Of a stretch of 64,000 nucleotides of DNA, positions 33,601-43,107 are shown piece after piece. Made by a program: the position numbers and the translations under genes. The notes under the pieces were generated by a model. The model was not told the DNA's origin. It did no database searches and saw only the letters and a list, made by a program, of their open reading frames with translations. Position 1 is the stretch's first letter. Each line of letters begins with the position of its first letter. Source of the DNA: Rebecca billardiae RCC1528. Lineage: Eukaryota; Protista; Haptophyta. The stretch lies in assembly GCA_965240325.2 (NCBI GenBank), contig OZ251236.1, positions 744,001-808,000 of the forward strand. The letters are read 5' to 3'.

Positions 33601-36600
33601 CTCGCCGCCGAGCCGACCGCGGGCCGCGCCGACGCGCGTGCCAACGACACCGCGGCTGGGTTTGTGCTGGCGGGCGTTGGCTTCGACGCTCGGCGCGGCG
33701 GCGCGCTCTGCGCGTTCACGCGCGCGGGCGAGCTCGCGCCGAGGGCGACGGTGACGGCGACCGTCGTCAGCGAGACCGAGGCACGCTGCGCCGCGCCCAC
33801 CGCCGCCGACGCGCGCAACGCGAGCCTCGACGCGGGCGCGTACACTCTCTCCCTCCTCCTCGGCGGCGGCGCGCACGCGGTCCCTCGCCTCTTCGCAGCC
33901 GACGGCGCGGGCGCGGCCGTTCTGCTGTACAACGCGACGGCCGTGCTGGTGTCCGCGGTGCATCCGCGCGCCGGGCCGGTGGACGGCGGCACGGTGGTGA
34001 CGGTGGAGGGCGCCGGCTTCGCGCACGGCGGGCAGGGGCTCGGGCTGTGCTGCGTGCTGCGCGGCGCGCCTGGCTGCGCGGCGCCCGCGGCGCTTCTCTC
34101 GCCACACCCAGACTCGGGCGCGCAGCGCGTGCGCTGCGCGCTGCCGCCGGCGCCCGCGGGTGCGCCGGCCGTGCGCGAGATTGCAATCTCGCTCGGCGGC
34201 GGGGCGGCGGGCACCGTGAGCGCGCAGGGCGTGCGCTTCGCCTACTACGAGGAGCCCACGCTGCTCGCGCTGAGCCCGGCCAACGGCAGCGCCGCCGGCG
34301 GCACGCTCGTCACCCTCTCCGGCGCGGGCTTTGGCGCCGTCGGCTCACTGCTCGGAGGCAGCGATGGCGGCGGCGCGGCGGGCGGCCTGCCGTGGTGGGC
34401 GGGTCTCGTGCGCGTCGCCTTTGGCGAGCCGACGGCCGCGGCGGCGCCGAGCGCCGCGAGCGCGCACGCGCTGAGCGTGCTCACGCCGTACGGCGCTGCG
34501 GGCTCGACCGCGCAGGTGCGTGTGGCGCTGAACGGGCAGCAGTTTGCGCCGGCGGCCTCCGCGCATGCCGCGCCCGCATTCAGTTTCGGCCCGGAGCTCC
34601 GGCCGCCTCGGCTGGTCGAGGCGCGGCTGGGCACGGCGCTGACGACGCTCGAGCTGCGCTTCGACGCGCAGCCGACCGACCGCGGCGGGATGGGCCTCGG
34701 CACGCTCGGCCCGTGCGCCGCCGTCCTCGACGACGCGAGCGTCGCCCTGCTGCAGGCGGCCGCGTCCGCGCCCCCGCAAGAGGAGCAGCAGCAGCAGCAG
34801 CAGCACGAGGTGCCGCAGTGCTACTGGCCGGGCGAGACGCTGCTGGTCGCGCGGCTGGGCGCGCGCGCCGCGCTCCGGCCGGGGGACACCGTGCGCCTGC
34901 GCGAGGGCGCCGTCCGCCCCGCGGCGTGCGCCCAGCCTGGCGTGGCCACCGCCGAGCCGCGCTGCGCGGCCGACGCCGACGCCGCCGACGCCGGGAGTCT
35001 GTTTGCGAGCGGCGGCGCCCGCCTCGACCCAGACGCGCCGTGCGGCGCGGGCCGCGCGTGCGCGCCGCCGCTCGCGCGGCTGAGCGGGCCGTCGACGCTG
35101 CCGGCGTGCCTCGGGACCGAGAGCGGTGTGCCGTCGCACGGCTCAACACTCGCGCTCGACGGCACGGCCTCGGAGGGCGGCGGCGTCTTCGGCCTCCGCT
35201 TTGTCTGGGGCGTCGAGCCGAGCGCCTCCGCGTCCGCGGCCGCGCTGAGTGCCGCGTGGGCTGAGCGGCCGCCCTCGGCCGCGGCGGCCACCGTCGAGCT
35301 GGGCTCGGAGCTCGCAGAGGCGCACGCGCCCGGCGCGGCGTACACGTTTGCGCTGCGTGTGGGTGACGCGCTCGGTCAGCTCTCGGCACCCGCGCTCTGG
35401 CACGTGGAGCCGCCCGCAGGCGACGGCGCGCCCGCGCTGGCGCTCTCGGGCCCCGCCGAGCGCGGCGCGTACCCGGACCAGCCGCTGCTGCTGCAGGCGA
35501 CCGCCGAGGCCCCGGCGTGCGGCGGCGCGCGGCAGCGGCGCCGCCGCGCGTCCGAGGCCGCGGGCGGCGGCGCCGACGCCGACGCCGCCGCGATCGCCTA
35601 CGCGTGGCGCGTTGTCAGCGTGAGCGCACGCGACGGTCGAGCCGTCTCGGCCGCGTCCGTCGGCGCCCCCGCGCTCGACGGCACCGCGCCGGAATCGGCG
35701 CAGCCGGCGGGCGGCGCGCTGCGGCTGTCGCCGTGGGCGCTGCGCGCGGGCCACACTTACGAGCTCGAGGTGCTCGCGACGTCGGTGCGATCCAACGCGA
35801 CGAGCGTCGCGCGCGTGCGCGTGCGCGTGCTCCGACGGCCGCTGCGCGCGAGCATCGGCGGCGGCGACCGGGACGCGCCGGCCGCGCGCGCCCTCACCAT
35901 CGACGCCTCCGCCTCGGGCGACCCCAACCTGCCGCCGCCGGCGGGGGCGGGCGCAGCGGCGGCGGCGAGTGCCGCGCTCGCGGACGGCGCCGGTGCGCTG
36001 CGCTACGAGTGGAATCTAAGCTCGATCGACGGCTCGGACGCGCTGGGCGAGGCGGCGGCCGCGGCCGTGCGCAACGCGAGCGGCGTCGCGCTGCTGCGGC
36101 TGCCGCCCGCCGCGCTCGCGCCCGGGGCGTACCGCGTCACGCTGGCGGTGAGCAAGGCCGGGCACGCGAGCGCGCACGCGACCGTGACACTGCGCGTGCT
36201 CGCCGACGCGGGCGCGCCTTTGCTCACGCTCGCGCCACTCGCCCGCGCGGTGCAGCCCCACGCTTGGGTGGCGCCCGCGCGGCGGCTCGCGCTGAGCGCG
36301 ACGCTCGACGCCGAGAGCCGCGCGCAGCTCGAGGCGGGCGAGCGCGCGTTCGCGTACGCGTGGCGAGCGGCCGTGCTCAGCGGCGGCGGCGACGGCACCG
36401 AGGGTGTTGAGCTGGGCGGCGCCGGCGCGAGATACGGACGAGATCACGCGCTCGAGCTGGGAGATACGGACGAGATCACGACGACCGGCGCGGACCGTCC
36501 GACGCTCGCGCTGCGCTCGGGCGCGCTCGCTCCTGGCGCCACCTACCTCTTCGAGCTGACGGTGACCGACCTGAGCGCGGCGTCGCCGGGCGGCGGCGGC

Positions 36601-36786
36601 GTGGGGAGCACGGCGCTGCGCCCGGCGTCGTCGTCGCCCTCGCCCTCAGCCGTGCGTGCGACGGTGCTGGTGCGCGTCGGCCGGCCACCAATCCGCGGCA
36701 CGCTCGCGGTGCAGCCCGCCGCGGGCGTGGCCCTCAGCACCCCGTTCGCTCTGCGCGCGGCCGGCTGGGCGGCGGACCCGTCCTCC

Positions 36787-36818
<32 letters not shown>

Positions 36819-39800
36819 CGCGGAGGAGGCAAGCCTGCTCCCTCTGAGCTACGCGTTCGGCCACGCCGAGCGATCGCCTGGAGGCGTGGGCGCCGCGCCC
36901 GCCGTCGCCACTGCCGACGGGCAGCGGCAGGAGTCCCTTGGACCGGCTGGCGCGTCCGCCGCGCTGCTCGGCGTCGTGCTGCCGCCGGGCAACCGGACCG
37001 TGGTCGTGCGAGTCACCGACTCCCTCGGCGCGCACGCGAGCGCGAGCGCGGATGTCGAGGTGCGGCGAGCGTCGGCGGCCGACGCGGCGCTCGTCGCGGC
37101 GCTGAGCGCGGCGCGAGACGCGGCGGCGGCGGGCGCGGCGGGCGCGGCGCTTCGGCTCGTCCGGGCGCTCGCCGATTCGCTCGCGCCGACGACGCCGCCC
37201 AACGCCTCTGCCGCCGGCTCGACGCCGGCCGTCGCGCAGCTGCTGGAGATCACAGAGGCGATCACGGCGTCCGGCGCAGCGGACGTCTCGGCCGAGGCGC
37301 GCGCACACGCGGCGAGCACACTTGCAGCCGTGCTCGAGTCACCCGGCGCGGCCGAGCTGCCGGGCGCCGCGCGCGCGAGCGCGCTTCGCCAGGTGGCGAG
37401 TCTCGCGCTCGGCTCGGCGGAGAGTGGCCTCGAGCGCTCGACCGCGCTCGCGCTCGTCCGCTCCATCGACCGCGCCACCACCGCCACGCCCGCTGACGAC
37501 GGCGGCGCTGGGGCGGACGACGGGCCTGCGGAGGCGGAGGCAGGCGCGCAGGCGCTCGCGGCCGTGAGCGCGCTCGGGGCGGCCATGCTGGTTGGCGCTG
37601 CGATCGGCGAGCCCGCCTTCACGCTCGGCGGCGCGGCTGTGAACATCTCCGCCGCGCGCTTCGACCCGCTGGCGCTGCGCAACGCAACGGTACAGAACGC
37701 GGGCGGCGCGGGCTCGGTGTACGTCCCCGCCGCCGCGCTCGGCGCGCTCGAGGGCGGCGCGGCCGCGCTCTCGACAGGCGTCGACGTTGTGCTCTGGGCG
37801 CTCTCGCGCTCGCCGTACGTGGGCGCCGGCCTCGCGTCGGCGTCGGCGACGGCGCCGGGGGCCGAGCCGGCGGCGCCGAACGGCACGGCGGCGGTGGCGG
37901 CCGTGCGCACAGCGACGTTCTCTGTGGCGCTCTTCCCGCCGCGAGCCGCGGCGGGCGCGCTCGTCGAGCCCATAGCCGTGACGGGCGTCGAGCCACCGCT
38001 GCTCCTCGCGCTGCCCCCGGGCGGCGGCGGCGGTGGGAGCGGCGCGGACGGCGCGGGGGCGGGCGGCGGCGGCGGCGGCGCTCCGCTGTGTCACTTCTGG
38101 GACGAGGCGCTGCGCGCGTGGAGTGACGAGGGCTGCGTGACGGTGATGGGCGGGTCGACTTCCGCCGCGCTCGGCGAGGGCGGAGGCGCCGACGCGTCGG
38201 GCGCTGCGCTGCTGTGCGCGTGCTCGCACCTCACGGACTTCGCCGGGATTGTCGTGCCGGCGTCTGCGGACGAGGCGTCCGAGCAGGCCTCCGCCGTCGG
38301 CGTCAACACGTTCAGCACGCAGGACACGGCGGACGCGCTCTCTGCCGCGCCGGTGCGAACGTCGGAGTTTGGGGACAGCGGCGCGCCCACGATGCGCGCC
38401 ATCATCATCGCCCTCTCCGCCGCGAACGTGCTCGCGCTCGCACTCGCGCACGCGGCGGACGTGCGCTCGGCGAGGCGGCACCGCGCGTGGCGCGCCGCGG
38501 AGCTGCAGCGCCTCAGCAGCGGCGCGGGCGCGGACGGCTCGCGCAGGGGCAGTGCGGATGCGTCCGCGCGCGCCTCGGCCGCGCGGCAGGCCGCGGTCGC
38601 GCGCCAGTCTGTGCGCCGCCGCGGCTCGCTCTCCTCGTTCTCGGCGACGTCGGGCGGGTCCTACCACTGCAGCGGCGGCGGGGCGGGCGGCGGCGCGGAC
38701 GGCTTGACGACCGTGCAGCGCGTGCGCGCCAAGAAGCAAGAGGCGGCTGAGGCCGCGGCGGCTGAGGCCGCGGCGGCTGAGTCCGCGGCCGAGCGTGGCC
38801 TCCCAGCCGAGTGCGGAGGGAGTGACGGCCTCGGCTTGGCGCCGCCGACGCCGTGCTCGGCCGCTCTGGCGTACGAGCCGGGCCATTGCGACCTGAACCT
38901 CGCCACCATGGAGGGCATGACGACCGTGCAGCGCGTCCGAGCGCGCAAGCAAGCGGAGGCCGCGTATGCCGCCGCGGCCGCGTCCGCCGCGTCGGCCGCC
39001 GCGAGCGGCGGCACGCTGATGCCGCCGTCGGCGCCGCTGAGCCCTCCGCCGCCGTCGCCGCCACCGGCGCCGCCACCGCCACCGCCGCCGGGCGCGCCCG
39101 CCGGAGCGGCCGACCGCGTCCTCCCCGTCCGCCGCTCCCCGGCCAGCCTTGGCGAGCGCAGCGCCGCGCTCGGCGAGGGCGTGCGCGCTGTGGAGGAGGA
39201 GGAGGAGGAGGAGGACGATCAGAGCGACGCGGGCTATAGCTCCTTCTCGTTCCGCGCGCGCGTGCTCGCCACGGGCGCCTTCGAGGCCATCCGGGAGCAG
39301 CACGTCCTGACCTCCGCGCTCTCGCAGCCAGACCCGTCGGCCAGGCGCACCGAGGCGGTGCAGTCGCTGTTCTGCATGCTCGCTCTCGAGGTGTGCCTCG
39401 AAGCTTTGCTGTACGGCCAGCCAGGCGCGTCGCTCGGCCGCTCAGACCTCTCCAGGGCCGCCGAGTCCGGCGACGATTACCACAGCGACGACCAGGCCGT
39501 GGGCCTACTCACAATACTCCTCACCGCGCTGCTCGTCTCCGCCGTCTGCGGCCCGGCGCTCGGGCTGTTCAGAGTCGTGTGGCGGTACGGCCGCGGACCG
39601 GACCGGCCCGCGCCGACGGAGGTGCTGTACACCGTTCTCAAGCGCACACTGAGCAGCTCGAGCCGCTCGGCCTCGACGCTTGCGTCGCGCGTCACCTCGC
39701 GCAAGTCGTCCGTGCTCTCCGATAGCGTGCTGAGCAGCGCCGCGCTGCGCTTGGCCGTGCGCGGGCGCGCGGACTCGAGCGGCGGGCGCGCCGCCGACGC

Positions 39801-41985
39801 GGACGGCGCCGGCGCGGGCGCCAGCTCTCGCGTGCAGCCGGTGCGCTCGGTCGGCGGCGGCGCGTCCGCCGCGGCGGACCGGCCGGCCCTCAGCCGGCCG
39901 CGCAGCGCGGGCTCGAGAGGCGCGGGCATCGTCATTCCGCCCACGCCATCCACGCCGCACGGCACGGGCGCGCTGCACGCGCCGGCGCGCGAAGGGCTCG
40001 CGGCCAAGGCGTGCGCGCCCGCCGCCGCCGAGGCCGACGCGCGGCGCGGCGCGGTGAACGACGCGCTGGAAGGCTCGGCCGCGGCCGTCTTTGCCCGGCC
40101 CTCGTCGGCGAGCCTGCCCTCGTCCTCGCGGGCGTCGGCCGCGCGCCCCAGGTCCGCCGCACACCCGCTCTCCCGAGCTTCCACCGCCTCCCTGGCGGAG
40201 CGACCGTCGGCATCGGCGGGTCCGCCGCGCCGACCCGTCTCGGCTCGGCCGTGCACGTCGCCCGCCTCGACGGCCGGCTGGTCGTCCACGCTGCCGCTGT
40301 GCTCCACCGAGTCCTCGAGCCTCGCGTCGCGCTCGGCCACGCCCGAGGACTCGCTCGACGCGGCCGGCGCCGCGCACGCCGCTGCGCCCGCCGGCTCGGC
40401 GCCAGCGCCCGCCTCTGACGAGGCTGTGCCCGGGGGCGCCATCGACGGCGCGCCCGCCGCGCTCGATGGCGGGGCGCCCGCAGCCGCCGACGGTCGGCGC
40501 TCTCGCCCGCTCGCACCGCCGAGCCCCCCCAGGGGCCGGGTGCACTACGCGCCCGCGGCCAAGGTGCTGGGCGCGCGCGCGCGCACGCTCGCGCCCGCCA
40601 CGCCGCACGCCAGCCCGCTGCGCTCCGCACTCCGCCCGGCGGCGCTCGGCGTGATCGCGTCGCCGCCAGCAAGTCCCGCGCGCTCGGCGCTGCGCAAGCC
40701 CGGGGCGCTCGGCGGCGCGGCGCCGGGCTCGCCTGCGACCTCGAGCCGCTCGGTGCAGCTCCACGCGCCGGCGGAGGGCGCGCCTGCCATCACGCCTGTC
40801 GTCGTCGTCACGCCACCGGCCAGCCCGGCGCAGCCGCCACGCGAGTCGTCCGCTACCGCCTCCTCCTCCGCGCTGGCGCAGGCGGCGGCGGCGGAGGCGC
40901 CGTGTCTGTTTGAGGGATTCACAGACTCGGAGCTGGCAACCATCAGGCAGGTGGTCTCGGACGAAGAGGCGGTGGCGATGCGCTGGGCGTTCAATCGGCA
41001 CGCGCGGGCGCGCGTGCGCACCGTTGGGTTTGTCGCGCGGCTGCTCTCACCCGCCGGACGCCTCAGCCGACTGAGCCGCCTGTCGGGCGCCGACAGCCTG
41101 GGCGGCTCGCGCGGCGGGACGCCGAGCCGGCCGAGCCGCGTCGGCGGGCGGCTCACGGGCAGCGAGTCGGCCGGCTCGCGCGCCACCTCGCCGACGCCGA
41201 GCAACCGGTTCAGCTCGCCGGCGCCCGCCGACCGCTCCTACTCCTATGGCTCGCCGACGGCCGGAAATCGCTTCGCCGCCGCGTGCGCCAACTCGGCCGC
41301 GCCCGGCGGCAACCGGTTCAACTCGCCGGCGCGCTCGGCCTCGGGCGGGAGCGGCCGCTTCAGCGCGCGCGCGGCGCCGAGCCCCACGCGCTCCGCGCCC
41401 ATCGCGCCCGCGGGACTGCGCGGCCCCGCGCGTGGCTCGGCCGCGCCGTCGCGCAGCTTTGGCGGCGCGCGCCGGCTGCGGCCAGACGGGCTGCGCGCGC
41501 TGATGGCCGAGCACGCCGAGCCCGTGACGCCGCGCGTCTCGCGGCTGCTCGTGCGCCAGCTGGACTCGGATCTCGATGGTGCCGTCGCGCTGCGCGAGCT
41601 GCTCGCGTGGTACGCGCGGCAGAAGCAAGCGGCGCAGCTGCGCGCGCGGCTAGGCTGCGCGCTGCTCGCGCGCTGCGCGCCGCCGCCGCGCGTGCGCGCG
41701 CCGCTCGCGTGGCTGCTGATGCTGAGCACCTACGTCGGCCTCTGCATCTTCGCGCTCACGCTCGGCCAGGCGCTCGGCCAGGCGCGCGTAGACGCGATGC
41801 TCCGCTCGTGGCTCATCGCGCTCACGCACACCCTCGCGGTGCAGGAGCCCATCATGCTCGGCGCCGGCCACGTCGCGCGCGCTGGCGGCAAGGCGTGCGC
41901 CGGCCTGCTCGCGCTCGGAGCGGGCGAGGCGATCATGAGCGCGCTGGACGCGGTCGAGGGCGCGATGCGCTTCTTCTTCCAGTAG
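21655..41985 (+). CDS. Giant polycystin-1/REJ-GPS-like adhesion receptor (LRR, SPPP stalk, IPT, REJ, GPS, 5 TM, EF-hand). Exons 21655-22076, 22269-22340, 22523-22594, 22764-41985, ~6595 aa
   Basis: Three phase-2 GT-AG introns splice LRR units in frame (total 19788 nt). Plant-type LRRs; IPT motifs (PRAGPVDGGTVVTVEGAGF); REJ motifs (LTIDASASGDPN, PPIRGTLAVQPAAGVALSTPF); GPS CHFWD...WSDEGC...CACSHLTDFA; PKD1-like TM motifs (SWLIALTHTLAVQEP); EF loop DSDLDGAVALRE. Start codon uncertain. Confidence 0.9.
24271..32733 (+). repeat. ~8.5-kb (SPPP/SPPPP)n coding array, ~2820 aa, with ~1-kb higher-order repeats
   Basis: The PPSSPPRPPPSPP marker lies at ~25447, 26431, 27406 and 27991; the PPLRPPS marker at 28311 and 29310 (999 nt apart). 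Confidence 0.97.
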
Positions 41986-43107
41986 CGCCGCGGCGACCTC
42001 GCGTTCAGCGCGCGTGGCGGTCATTGCTGGCGGCCGCCTGAGTGGCGGTGACGCGGTCCAGTGAAGCTGCTGCATCGGCGGCGTGTCATCGCGGTGCTGA
42101 CACATCACAGCACCACTGGGTGGCTCCGCGCCCTGGCCGGCTTCAGAGGCTCGCTCAGCTGCTCGCAACGCATGCTGCATGTGTAGAACCATCATCATCG
42201 CGCCACGGACTGGCCATGTCGAAAGTGGCGCCGCAGCTGTCCTGACGGCACGATCAGATCTGACCAGTGTGAGGGCCCGAGTGTCGGGCTCGCGTGGCTG
42301 CCGTGGGCGTGCACGCTTAGCGGCGGCCGCTGTTCCGATTTGCACCCGAGTGTCAGAACGAGTAAGTGCGGTCGGACGCGGAAGCACGTGATAGCATACT
42401 GTACTGTACCCGCAGAAGCCATTGCTCTGACCCGTACACCTGCCTCGGCGCAGCCACACTCGTCGTAGGCGCTGCCGTCAGCTTGCACCGAGCGCGTTCG
42501 TCGCGTCTCGCCATCTTGATCTCCGCGGAGGCACCGCGGACGGTGCCGACGGACAAACGAGAATCACGCCAGCGCTGAGCTCCCGGACCCGTCCGGCGCT
42601 TCGACTACAGCCCGGACCCGGGACCACCCAGCAGGCCACGGCACGCCCCGGCACACGAGGACCCGTTGCACAGTCGCGAGCGCCACCCTGATGACGATAC
42701 GCGATGATGATGGCGACGACCGCGATCACAGGACAGCACAGGCACAGCAGTGCCACAGCACGTTCACTTGACACTTTCAGCCGCGGCCAGGCCGGGGCGG
42801 GGCGCAATCGCTGATCGCATGATCAGATTCGTCAGGCCGCAGCATTGCACTGACACTGATGCTATCGTCCGATCGTCATCACTCATCAGCTATACTATGG
42901 CGTCGATACGTACTCAATTAATGAGTTATAACGTAACAGTACGTACTCCGCCATTCCGCCCATTCGGACTGCGAGCAAGAGTCAAGCTGATGTAGTATAT
43001 CAGCAATATGATATATATACTGCTGTCGTAGTATTACTACAGGCGTAGTCGTATATACACTGATGCCGTGCGCGCGCTAGCTCATCGCTCGTCAGACTCA
43101 TCAGCAG

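Noticed and set aside
41014-41456. Possible intron removing the insert in the EF-hand lobe
   Set aside because: Donor is phase 0 and acceptor phase 2, giving a frameshift; the insert has protein-like repeated motifs.
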